A DNA stretch of 64,000 nucleotides from an uncultured Clostridia bacterium (GCA_944380675.1 CALWIH010000002.1:280-64279), one strand, 5' to 3'; counted from the first letter of the stretch, positions 34,979-43,349 are shown. Notes: a model not told the origin generated them from the sequence alone. Numbers and translations are program-made.

Positions 34979-35278
34979 ATGACGATTTCATCCAGCATCA
35001 AAGACAATCAGGCGGTGCTTCTGGTGGATGGGCGCGTGGATACGAACACGAGTCCGCAGCTTCAGAGCGCCATTCTCGGCGCCTTTCAGCGGTCGGCTCA
35101 CGTTGTGGTCGACTTTGAGAAGGTTCCCTACATCAGCAGCGCCGGTCTTCGCGCGCTCCTGATTGGCCAGAAGACAGCGAACTCGAAGCGGGCCGTGATG
35201 GAGCTTGTCCATGTCTGTCCCGCCGTGATGTCGATTCTGCAGTCCGTCGGCTTCAGCGATATTCTGACGATCCGCTGA
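34979..35278 (+). CDS. STAS anti-anti-sigma factor (RsbV/SpoIIAA-like)
   Basis: VDGRVDTNTSPQL, VVVDFEKVPYISSAGLRALL (phosphoacceptor Ser motif); AAGGAGG RBS, 25 bp after the tail-I stop. Confidence 0.93.
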   Translation: MTISSSIKDNQAVLLVDGRVDTNTSPQLQSAILGAFQRSAHVVVDFEKVPYISSAGLRALLIGQKTANSKRAVMELVHVCPAVMSILQSVGFSDILTIR

Positions 35279-35325
35279 ATCCGGATCGCTTCCCTTCCTT
35301 TTGCATACTGTGAAATGCGTAAGGT

Positions 35326-35365
35326 TGTCCGCGGACGCGAGGTGCGTCCGCCGGACAGCTTTTTT
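35326..35365 (+). terminator. Rho-independent terminator closing the eCIS-STAS operon
   Basis: Stem GCGGACGC/GCGTCCGC with outer TGTCC/GGACA, followed by TTTTTT. Confidence 0.65.
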
Positions 35366-35433
35366 GAGGTTAAGGCCCTTTTGCCGCGTCTGAGGGGCCT
35401 GTTTTCCGGGAAACACCATTTGCCCGCTGATCG

Positions 35434-35480
35434 AAAAAAGCTCCTGCGAAGGCGTCTGAGCAGCCTTCGCAGGAGCTTTT
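35434..35480 (-). terminator. Rho-independent terminator for the NRPS-phosphatase operon (possibly bidirectional)
   Basis: 18-bp perfect inverted repeat AAAAGCTCCTGCGAAGGC-N9-GCCTTCGCAGGAGCTTTT with T tracts on both strands. Confidence 0.75.
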
Positions 35481-35499
35481 GGCATTCCGGAGGAAACGG

Positions 35500-36936
35500 T
35501 CAGGTCACGTCGAGGGCAAGCATCGTGATGTCGTCAAACTGCTCCGCGCCCGCTGTGAAGGCGTCCATGGAAGCCTTGACGCCGGAGAGCAGCTGGTCGA
35601 GCGGAAGGTTGGAGGCCTGGTTGAGCGCCTGAATGAGGCGATCGTCGCCGTAGAGCTCGGTCGACGCGTTGATGGCCTCCGTCACGCCGTCCGTGTACAG
35701 GAACAGGCGGTCTCCCTTGCTGAGCTGAATCGAATCCTCGCGGTACGCCATGCCCTCGAGGCCGGCGAGGACGAAGCCGGGCTTTGTCCGGAGGAACTGG
35801 AAGCCCTCGCCGCTGCGGCGGAGCAGAGGCGGGTTGTGGCCGGCGTTGACGAACGTCAGCAGCTTCGTGTCGAGGTCGAGCACCGCCATGAACGAGGTGA
35901 CGAACATCCCCTCGCCGTTGTTCTCACAGAGCTGGTCGTTGACGCGGGTGAACACCTCGCCGAGCGGGATGCCGGGCTGTGTCTGATTCTTGATGAGCGT
36001 CTTCGTGATGACCATGAACAGAGCGGCAGGCACGCCCTTGCCGGAGACGTCGGAGATGACGATGGCGAGGTGGCGGTCGTCGACGAGGAAGAAGTCGTAG
36101 AAGTCTCCGCCGACCTCCTTCGCGGGCTCCATGGAGGCGTAGACGTCGAACTCGTCGCGCTCCGGGAAGGCCGGGAAGATGCAGGGCAGCATATCGCGCT
36201 GGATGTTCCGGGCGACGTTGAGCTCCGCCTGCGTCTTCATCGCGCGGGAGGACCACAGGGCGTTCGAGAAGATGAGCCAGTACATCACGCCGAAGACCAC
36301 GCAGATGATGAGGTAGAACAGCACAAACAGCATCCCCGTCTGCGGCAGCAGGCCGACGGCCTGCACAATCTGCACGATACAGAAGAAGCCGAAGGACGCG
36401 ATAAACGGGATCGGCACATACCGCCCCATCTTGTGGGAGAGGATGTTGAAGACCTCGATCACCGTCTTGCGGACGAACACGATCAGAATCGCGCCGATGA
36501 TGACGGCGATCAGCGCCTTCATCAGGGTAAACGGAATCAGGAACTGATAGCCCACCTCGCCGTACGGATCGATGGTGCTGATCATGGCTGTCGTCGTCAG
36601 GCCGGTGAGGAACGAGCCGACGTTCGAGATAAAGATGACGGTGACGACGGTAAAGAGCTTGGTGCTGATCGGCTCCTTGTAGAGGAAGAAGCAGGGAAGC
36701 GGCAGAAAGATCATCCATCCGAAGAAGATGAAGTAATCCCACCACTGCGGTCCGGTGACGGTGCAGCCGATCCAGGCAAACAGGAAATAGCACAGGAGCG
36801 CCGCCCCCCAGCTGAGCCAGGGCACGACAGGCTTTCGCTTGCATTCCAGCGTCATGTGCGTCAGTACGACCGCGAGACAGGCGGAGACAAGCCCCGCCGC
36901 AGCGTACCAGAAGGCGTTGGACAGTAAAATGTTCAT
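35500..36936 (-). CDS. Membrane-bound PP2C/SpoIIE (RsbU-like) Ser phosphatase
   Basis: Multi-TM N-terminus; PAKEVGGDFYDF, VISDVSGKGVPAALFM, NAGHNPP, LFLYTDGVTEA, QFDDITML, with metal-binding Asp residues intact. Confidence 0.93.
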   Translation of the reverse strand: MNILLSNAFWYAAAGLVSACLAVVLTHMTLECKRKPVVPWLSWGAALLCYFLFAWIGCTVTGPQWWDYFIFFGWMIFLPLPCFFLYKEPISTKLFTVVTVIFISNVGSFLTGLTTTAMISTIDPYGEVGYQFLIPFTLMKALIAVIIGAILIVFVRKTVIEVFNILSHKMGRYVPIPFIASFGFFCIVQIVQAVGLLPQTGMLFVLFYLIICVVFGVMYWLIFSNALWSSRAMKTQAELNVARNIQRDMLPCIFPAFPERDEFDVYASMEPAKEVGGDFYDFFLVDDRHLAIVISDVSGKGVPAALFMVITKTLIKNQTQPGIPLGEVFTRVNDQLCENNGEGMFVTSFMAVLDLDTKLLTFVNAGHNPPLLRRSGEGFQFLRTKPGFVLAGLEGMAYREDSIQLSKGDRLFLYTDGVTEAINASTELYGDDRLIQALNQASNLPLDQLLSGVKASMDAFTAGAEQFDDITMLALDVT

Positions 36937-36962
36937 TGGTTTTTCTACCTCCCCTTGGAAAA

Positions 36963-39900
36963 TTATATGCCGAACGCGCCGAGCATATCGAGGTTCGTCA
37001 GACAGGTGACAAGGTATTCGCGCGTGATTTCCGGCCAGCGGAAGCCGCTCCGATCGAGAATGCCGGAGGTCAGGCGGCAGACGCAGCCGATCTCGTAATG
37101 ACCCTCGGCTTCTCCCTGCAGCTCGGAAGCGACGTCGACCAGCAGGTCGCGCTTCTCCGGCTGAGCGAGAATGTCCGCAATTCGCTTCTCATACTCCGCG
37201 TCGCTCACGCGCTCGATCTCGTAGCCGATGTCGCCCAGGCTCTCAAAGATCGTCTGATACGAGGTGCGCTTGTCGTTGAAGATATGATAGATCGGCTGCT
37301 TCGAGGAAGCGCCCGCAAACTTGACGATGAGCTGCGCCGTGCAGTCGACGGGGGAATAGTCAACGTCCCCCGCCCAGACGGATTCCGGCGCGAAGCCGAG
37401 ACGGATGTACGTCTTGAGCCGTGAGGTGAAGGCGTTCGCCATGTGGTTGATCTGGAACTCGCCGTCCGAGAAGCGGCCCTGCAGGTTGCCGACGCGGAGA
37501 ATTTGCGCGTCCAGACCCTTCTCGATGGCGGCGAGCACCTCGCGCTCGCCGAGAAATTTGCTCGCGGCGTAATCGTTGCTCAGATCCTGCCTGAAGTAGA
37601 AGTCCTCCTCCGTCAGGAAGGGAATGCGCTCGGTGCGGTTTTCCAGGGCGAACTGGCCGATGGTCGGCGTGGAGATGTGGATGAAGCGCGCGCCGCGCTC
37701 CATGCACAGCGCGGCGAGCCGCCGCACGCCGCCGACGTTGATCTGATACATTGCGTCGCCATAGGTAAAGTGGGAAACGTCCGCCGCACAGTTGATGGCT
37801 ATGTCGAATTCCGCGGCCGTCCCGTTCAGAATATCGTCCTTTGTCAAATCGCCCTCCACGACGGAGAGGCGGCTCTCAAACGCCTCGTCGAAGCTGTCGC
37901 CGAAGTAGTAGAACAGCATCGTCTTGATTCTCTGCTCGGCGGCGAGCTTGCCCTTCGGACGCGCCATGCACAGCACGGTGCTGTCCGTCGTCTCGATCAG
38001 CTCCCGCAGAACGTGCAGGCCGAGGTAGCCCGTGGAGCCCGCGAGGAGGACACGCTTCGGCACGGGGCCGAAGGAGACGTCCCGCTTCCATTTGAGCAGA
38101 GGAGCGAGGGAGGCGTAGTCGAAGTCCGCGATCTCCGGACGCTCGGAGACGACGGGCTCCTGCCTGAGTCCGGCGCACATGAGGCGGACGGTCGGATTTG
38201 AGAAGACGGTTGAATATTTCAGCGGGATGCCTGCGGCCTCCGCCTCAATCGCGAGGTGCGCCGCGAGCAGCGAGTCGCCGCCGATCTCGAAGAAGTTGTC
38301 GTCGATGCCGATGCGCTCCTTCTCGAGCAGCTTCCCCACGATGGCGCACAGCGTTTCCTCCTGCGGCGTCTCCGGCGCGCGGTATTCGACATGGACGGAA
38401 ACCTTCAGCGCCGCGAGTGCCTTCTTGTCCGTTTTGCCGCTCGACGTGACGGGCATTTCCGGGATCTGCAGGAACGCGGAGGGCACCATATAGTACGGCA
38501 GCGTCTCCGAGAGGCGGCCGCGGAGCTCCTCGGCCGGGATCTGGCGCGGGGAGGTGAAGTAACCGCAGAGGAACTGCACCTTGCCGTCGTTTTTCAGCAG
38601 GACGCAGCAGCTCGTCACATCCGGGACGGTGCTGAAGACGGATTCGATCTCGCCGAGCTCAATGCGGAAGCCGCGCAGCTTGACCTGATCGTCCATTCGT
38701 CCGAGGTAGACGAGCTCTCCGCCCCGGCTCCAGCGGACGAGGTCGCCCGTGCGGTACATCCGCTTTCCGTCCGTTTCGATGAAGCGGGCCGCCGTTTCCT
38801 TCGGAAGATTCCGGTAGCCGCGCGCCAGCCCGACGCCGCCGACGCAGAGCTCGCCGGGGCAGCCCGCCGGGAGCAGCTGGCCGCGCTTGCCGAGAACGTA
38901 CACGGAAAGACCCTTGACCGGGACGCCGAGGTTCGCGTTCGGACTGAATACCTCCTGCGCGGAGGTTACGATAGTCACCTCGGTCGGGCCGTACGCGTTG
39001 AAGATGCGCAGCCGCGGCGCGAGAGCGCGGAGCTTTTCCCAGAGCGCCGGCTGGAAGGCTTCGCCGCCGCTCATCAGGACGTCGAGCCCCCTGACCGCCT
39101 CGCGGAAGTCCTCATAGCCGAGGTAGGAGAGGAGGCGGGAGGGCGTCGCGAAGAGAACGTTCGATTTCTCCTCCTGCATCCGCCTGCCCAGCAGGGCCGG
39201 GTTGTCAATTTCCTCCTGCGAGGCGAAGCAGACGGAGACGCCGTTGAGAACCGGCGTGAAAATCTCAAGCACGGAGATGTCGAACGAGAGCGAGCCGATG
39301 GCGTGCGCCGTGCGGCCGCACTTTGCCGTCGCCGAGATGAGCGAGCAGCTGTCCGGCCGCGCCAGGTTGACGAGGCCGCGGTGCTCAATCAGGACGCCCT
39401 TGGGTCTGCCCGTCGTGCCGGAGGTGTAGATGCAGTAGCAGAGCCCGTCCGGCCGGACATCCGCCTTTGGCGGCTCGTCGGAGAACGCGAGAGCGTCCTC
39501 GTAAAGCAGCGGGGAGATTTCCCCGGGCAGCTGCGCAAGGAATTTCTCCTGCGTGATGACGCACGAGACGCCCGCGTCGTGCAGGATGAACTCAATGCGA
39601 TCCTTCGGATACGTCGGCTCGAGGAAGAGGAAGCCCTGCCCCGCCTTGAGGATGCCGAGCACCGAGACAAAAACCGCCGGCCCTCTCGGCAGCATGACGG
39701 CCGTCAGGCGTTCTCCGCCGCCGCAGCGGGAGAGCAGCGCGTTCGCCACGGCGTTCGCGCGAAGCGACGTCTCGCGGTATGTCAGCGACTCCCCGGCGCC
39801 GCGCACGGCGCAGCGCTCCGGCGTTTTCGCCGCCTGCCGCTCAAAGAGATCGACGACGGTGTCGTTCGACGGCGCGGGCGTCAGGCTGCACTGGCCGAGG

Positions 39901-41222
39901 CGGTCGAGCAGCTCCCTTTCCTCGGCGGCGACGACGGAGAAGGCGCGCAGGGGCGCGGCGGGATTGGCCGCCGCCGTCTCGAGGATCTGCATCAGTCCCT
40001 CGTGCAGGCGGCGGATCTCCTGCTCGTCAAAGAGCACCTTGCGGTGGTCGTAAAACACGGTGTAGCTGTCGTCAAAGAGGTCGAGGACGTGCAGAATCAA
40101 TCCGCCCATCATCGTCGACGGATCGCCGAACCATACGTCGATCGGGAAGTGATAGTCCCCGACGTCGATCTTCGTCTTCTGGTAGGAGACGGACGCGTCG
40201 ATGAGGTCGCGGGCGCTGTCCTGCCCGGCGGCGGCGTCCTCGACGATCCGCATCAGCGGATATTTCTTATGCTTTGCCGCCCGCGCCGACCGCGCGGCGA
40301 CGTCCCGGCAGAAATCGAGGAACGACGCGTCCGGATCCGGCGTGCAGCGCAGCGGAAGCTCCATGACGAACATCCCCACGCAGCCGCGCTCCGCCTCGGT
40401 GTCGCGGTTCAGGCGCGGCAGGCCCATCACGACGTCCCTGCAGTCCGCGCGCTGGAAGAAGTACAGGCACAGCGCGGCCGTGAACAGGATGTACGGCTGC
40501 AGCCCGCAGTCGCGGGAAAATTCCTTGATGCGCCGCGAGACCTCCGCGGAGAGCCGGAACACGCGCCGCGAGGCCGAGCGGTCGCCCGTCGCCTCCGGGC
40601 TGAGATAGGATTCGCTCAGGGAGAGGTTCCCGAGGGCTTCCTTCCAGAACGCGCGGTCCGCCTCGGCTCCCTCTCCCCGCAGGTACGCCTCCTCCTGCGG
40701 GAGAAAGTCGACGGGGGAGGGATGACGGTGCGAGGGCGTCTGCCCGTCTCGGATCATGAGATAGTTGGAGAATATCTCAGACCAGAGCAGGCCGGTCGCC
40801 CAGCCGTCGCACCAGATATGATGGAATTTACAGAACATCCCGCTGCACCGGTCGCTGAGCCGGACGAGCCGGAACTCCACGAGAGGGGCGTTGAGGAACG
40901 CGAAGGGCCGGTGCCCCCAGCGCCGGAACGTATCCTCCTGCTCCTGCTGGGACAGCGCGCGCAGATCCTCCTCGGGAAGGGACGTATGCATATACGGCGC
41001 GATGTACTGCACGATGGTTCCCTCGGGAGAGGCAATCTGCGTGCGCGCGCCGGGATTCTCGCGGAGAAAGAGATTGACAGCCTCCTCCATGCAGTCGTGC
41101 CGCAGCGGTTCGCGCGCTTTCAGCACAAAATACAGGACGTTCACGTCCGTGCCGGAGGCGACAATTTCCTGGGAATAAATATTTTGCTGAGCCAGGGAAA
41201 GCGGGTAATAAGTTGATTCCAT
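36963..41222 (-). CDS. Single-module NRPS, C-A-T-R (thioester reductase)
   Basis: C: SLAQQ, HHIWCDG. A: YTSGTTGRPKG, NAYGPTE, YRTGD, GRMDDQVKLRGFRIELGEIE, SGK. T: FFEIGGDSL. R: LAGSTGYLG, YAASK, RVGNL. Confidence 0.95.
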   Translation of the reverse strand: MESTYYPLSLAQQNIYSQEIVASGTDVNVLYFVLKAREPLRHDCMEEAVNLFLRENPGARTQIASPEGTIVQYIAPYMHTSLPEEDLRALSQQEQEDTFRRWGHRPFAFLNAPLVEFRLVRLSDRCSGMFCKFHHIWCDGWATGLLWSEIFSNYLMIRDGQTPSHRHPSPVDFLPQEEAYLRGEGAEADRAFWKEALGNLSLSESYLSPEATGDRSASRRVFRLSAEVSRRIKEFSRDCGLQPYILFTAALCLYFFQRADCRDVVMGLPRLNRDTEAERGCVGMFVMELPLRCTPDPDASFLDFCRDVAARSARAAKHKKYPLMRIVEDAAAGQDSARDLIDASVSYQKTKIDVGDYHFPIDVWFGDPSTMMGGLILHVLDLFDDSYTVFYDHRKVLFDEQEIRRLHEGLMQILETAAANPAAPLRAFSVVAAEERELLDRLGQCSLTPAPSNDTVVDLFERQAAKTPERCAVRGAGESLTYRETSLRANAVANALLSRCGGGERLTAVMLPRGPAVFVSVLGILKAGQGFLFLEPTYPKDRIEFILHDAGVSCVITQEKFLAQLPGEISPLLYEDALAFSDEPPKADVRPDGLCYCIYTSGTTGRPKGVLIEHRGLVNLARPDSCSLISATAKCGRTAHAIGSLSFDISVLEIFTPVLNGVSVCFASQEEIDNPALLGRRMQEEKSNVLFATPSRLLSYLGYEDFREAVRGLDVLMSGGEAFQPALWEKLRALAPRLRIFNAYGPTEVTIVTSAQEVFSPNANLGVPVKGLSVYVLGKRGQLLPAGCPGELCVGGVGLARGYRNLPKETAARFIETDGKRMYRTGDLVRWSRGGELVYLGRMDDQVKLRGFRIELGEIESVFSTVPDVTSCCVLLKNDGKVQFLCGYFTSPRQIPAEELRGRLSETLPYYMVPSAFLQIPEMPVTSSGKTDKKALAALKVSVHVEYRAPETPQEETLCAIVGKLLEKERIGIDDNFFEIGGDSLLAAHLAIEAEAAGIPLKYSTVFSNPTVRLMCAGLRQEPVVSERPEIADFDYASLAPLLKWKRDVSFGPVPKRVLLAGSTGYLGLHVLRELIETTDSTVLCMARPKGKLAAEQRIKTMLFYYFGDSFDEAFESRLSVVEGDLTKDDILNGTAAEFDIAINCAADVSHFTYGDAMYQINVGGVRRLAALCMERGARFIHISTPTIGQFALENRTERIPFLTEEDFYFRQDLSNDYAASKFLGEREVLAAIEKGLDAQILRVGNLQGRFSDGEFQINHMANAFTSRLKTYIRLGFAPESVWAGDVDYSPVDCTAQLIVKFAGASSKQPIYHIFNDKRTSYQTIFESLGDIGYEIERVSDAEYEKRIADILAQPEKRDLLVDVASELQGEAEGHYEIGCVCRLTSGILDRSGFRWPEITREYLVTCLTNLDMLGAFGI

Positions 41223-41250
41223 AGGAAACGGTTCCTTTCTGTATTCAGAG

Positions 41251-41270
41251 GGGCGAAGCGCGCTTCGCCC
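41251..41270. repeat. Perfect 20-bp palindrome between the RsbW-like and NRPS genes
   Basis: GGGCGAAGCGCGCTTCGCCC; no downstream U-tract on the coding (minus) strand. Confidence 0.6.
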
Positions 41271-41351
41271 GAAAAAGCATGGGAACGCCTGAAAAAGCCG
41301 CTGCTTCCCGCCGGACAGGCGAGAAGGTCAAGGGCGGACGCGCCGTCCGCC

Positions 41352-41804
41352 TTACTTGTCTGCCGCCGCGAGCAGCTTTTTCATCATGAAGCAGTTTTGA
41401 CCGTCGCGATATTCGTAAGCGACCTCGTCCATACTCCTGCGTACCATATAAATGCCCAGGCCGCCGATTTGCCGGTCTTCGGCGCTCAGCGTGACGTCGG
41501 GATCCTCTCTGGCAAGCGGATCATACGGCGTGCCGCGATCCATGAAGTCAATCCGAATGCTCAAGGGCTCGTCCTCCAGCGTCCAGGACAGCGTCACGGG
41601 GCCGCGTCCGGGCTCGTAGGCGTAAAGAGCGATATTGACGTAGATCTCCTCTACGGCGATGTCGATCACGATCTTTTCCTCCTCCGGAACGCCGAGCGCG
41701 TCCAGCGGGGAGTTGATAAATTCGAGGACACCGTCGAGCTGCTGGGTTTCTGCCGAGATGGTGATCGTTTTCGATTTCGGAATTCCGGGACGCAGGTAGT
41801 TCAC
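41352..41804 (-). CDS. RsbW/SpoIIAB-like anti-sigma factor Ser kinase (HATPase_c)
   Basis: IAVEEIYVNIALYAY, DRGTPYDP, RQIGGLGIYMVRRSMD; GTG start. Confidence 0.92.
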   Translation of the reverse strand: MNYLRPGIPKSKTITISAETQQLDGVLEFINSPLDALGVPEEEKIVIDIAVEEIYVNIALYAYEPGRGPVTLSWTLEDEPLSIRIDFMDRGTPYDPLAREDPDVTLSAEDRQIGGLGIYMVRRSMDEVAYEYRDGQNCFMMKKLLAAADK

Positions 41805-41890
41805 AGCATCACACCCCTGTTTTCATTGCGCGCCCGCCGGTCCGTACACTTCTGTGAAGGACCGGCTCGGGCCTTCATCTTCCTATCTGT

Positions 41891-41920
41891 ATTATAAGTC
41901 CCCCGCCTTCCTTTTGTAAA
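41891..41920 (-). promoter_or_regulatory. SigmaA-type promoter for the RsbW-NRPS-PP2C operon
   Basis: Minus strand TTTACA-N18-TATAAT. Confidence 0.55.
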
Positions 41921-41946
41921 GCAAGACGAAGCGTTCGGAAAAAAGA

Positions 41947-41964
41947 TTTAGAAAAATTTTAGAA
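41947..41964 (+). promoter_or_regulatory. Direct-repeat regulator box TTTAGAA-N4-TTTAGAA (copy 2)
   Basis: TTTAGAA AAAT TTTAGAA, 11-bp period, about 27 bp upstream of the -35 of the RsbW-NRPS promoter. Confidence 0.55.
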
Positions 41965-42011
41965 ATAAAACGCGCGCCCCGGATTTGCAGCGGAGCAAAT
42001 CCGGGGCGCGC
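41962..42011 (-). terminator. Rho-independent terminator of the DUF6514-like gene
   Basis: 17-bp stem GCGCGCCCCGGATTTGC / GCAAATCCGGGGCGCGC followed on the minus strand by GTTTTATTTC. Confidence 0.7.
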
Positions 42012-42055
42012 ATTGCGGGGAATCGCCTGTGGGACGGCTTGAGCGGAAGCGGCTT

Positions 42056-42307
42056 TCAGGCCGTTTCCGTTCGGAAATCCTCCGCCAGCTCGGGAAGGTT
42101 ATCCGCAAAAACCAGTCCCTCGGCCAGGAGCTTTGCAAAGTCTGTCGCCTTGCGAAGATTTTCGGGAGTGGAGGGAAGCAGCGTTTCCGAGACGCTGCGC
42201 TCCGCAATTTCCCGGATCTCAATGCCGATTCCCTTCTCGTCCTCCCGGACGACGTACTCCATGGTCAGATGATTCCATTTTGCTTGTCCTACTACCGTAC
42301 TTGTCAT
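42056..42307 (-). CDS. Small protein resembling DUF6514
   Basis: ATG 42307 after GGAGG; pattern GIGIEI...ATDFAKLLAEGLVFADNLPELAEDF; has its own promoter and terminator. Confidence 0.65.
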   Translation of the reverse strand: MTSTVVGQAKWNHLTMEYVVREDEKGIGIEIREIAERSVSETLLPSTPENLRKATDFAKLLAEGLVFADNLPELAEDFRTETA

Positions 42308-42368
42308 GCCTCCACACCTCAATCAAAGATGATAATACAGACTTACCAATCTGCCTTTGGCAATTCTT

Positions 42369-42397
42369 ATCTTACACAATGAAGAGAGGTCGGTCAA
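42369..42397 (-). promoter_or_regulatory. SigmaA-type promoter of the DUF6514-like gene
   Basis: Minus strand TTGACC-N17-TAAGAT. Confidence 0.6.
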
Positions 42398-42420
42398 TGG
42401 GTAAAAAGACGGAAGTTTGA

Positions 42421-42560
42421 TGTGAATAAACGCCACATTCTAAAGATCTTCTAAAAATCGCACATTTTGACTCTCAAAAAACAAAAATGCCTATATAATG
42501 CGAGATTTTATTTTCTGATTTTCCGATGCATGGAAGTTATTTCCAAAGATTTGTGGATAA
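42421..42560 (-). promoter_or_regulatory. Two consensus DnaA-box matches in an AT-rich spacer
   Basis: Minus-strand TTATTCACA (42421-42429) and TTATCCACA (42552-42560), both fitting TTWTNCACA. Confidence 0.4.
42438..42457 (-). promoter_or_regulatory. Direct-repeat regulator box TTTAGAA-N4-TTTAGAA (copy 3)
   Basis: Minus strand TTTTTAGAAGATCTTTAGAA, one mismatch to 4324-4343. Confidence 0.6.
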
Positions 42561-42602
42561 AAATTACTTGAAAATAAAACTTTAGTGTCAATTTACACCA
42601 CA

Positions 42603-43349
42603 TCAGGCGAGAGGGGAATTTTCCGCTCTCCCTTCGTCGGAGAGCGTCCATCCGCAGTCGTTGTGATAGATCATGAGACGCGTCATGCCGCCGTCGATGC
42701 AGACGTTTTCGCCCGTGATAAAGCCCGCCCTGTCGGAGCAGAGATAGAGAACCATGCTGGCGATGTCCAGCGGGTTCCCGACCCTGCCCGCCGGCTGCTG
42801 AAAGGCGTCCGGACCCTCGTAGCGGCGGAACGAGGTGTCGATCCATCCGGGCGAGATGGAGTTGACGCGCGCTTTTCCGGCGAGACTGACGGCGAGCGCG
42901 TGCGTCAGCGCGGAGATCCCGCCCTTCGCGGCGGTGTAGCTCTCTGTCTGCGGCTGACTCATCCTGTCGCGCGAGGAGGAGATGTTGACGACGGACGCGC
43001 CCGGCGCGAAAAGCGGCAGCAGGAGCTTCGTCAGGTAGAACGGCGCGGCGACCCCGACGCGCAGCGCGTAGTCGAATTCCTCGTACGAGCACGCGTCGAT
43101 CCCCTTCATGACGGGCAGCGCGTTGTTGACGAGAAAGTCGACCCGCCCGTATGCGCCGGCGATTTTTTCCGCGAAGCCCTCGAGCGCCGTTTTGTCTCCC
43201 ACATCCCCGACGAAGAAGTCGTTCGGCAGCAGGTCAATCACGCAGACCGACGCGCCCGCCTTGCGGAACTCGTCCGCGACGGTTTTTCCGATACCCCTTG
43301 CGCCTCCCGTCACGACGGCGACGCGCCCCTCAAACATTCCTTCAAACAT
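42603..43349 (-). CDS. Short-chain dehydrogenase/reductase (SDR)
   Basis: VVTGGARGIG, LVNNA, VNISS, YTAAKGG, VNSISPGWI, ITGENVCIDGG. Confidence 0.95.
   Translation of the reverse strand: MFEGMFEGRVAVVTGGARGIGKTVADEFRKAGASVCVIDLLPNDFFVGDVGDKTALEGFAEKIAGAYGRVDFLVNNALPVMKGIDACSYEEFDYALRVGVAAPFYLTKLLLPLFAPGASVVNISSSRDRMSQPQTESYTAAKGGISALTHALAVSLAGKARVNSISPGWIDTSFRRYEGPDAFQQPAGRVGNPLDIASMVLYLCSDRAGFITGENVCIDGGMTRLMIYHNDCGWTLSDEGRAENSPLA

Noticed and set aside
35279-35499. Structured ncRNA or riboswitch in the hairpin-rich spacer
   Set aside because: The hairpins are explained as terminators of two convergent operons; no riboswitch consensus recognised.
41251-41351. Palindrome and hairpin between the RsbW-like and NRPS genes as terminators
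   Set aside because: No downstream U-tract on the coding strand; more likely processing or stability elements, if functional at all.
42330-42600. Chromosomal origin of replication
   Set aside because: Only two perfect DnaA boxes and no dnaA/dnaN/rpmH context; kept only as a low-interest finding.
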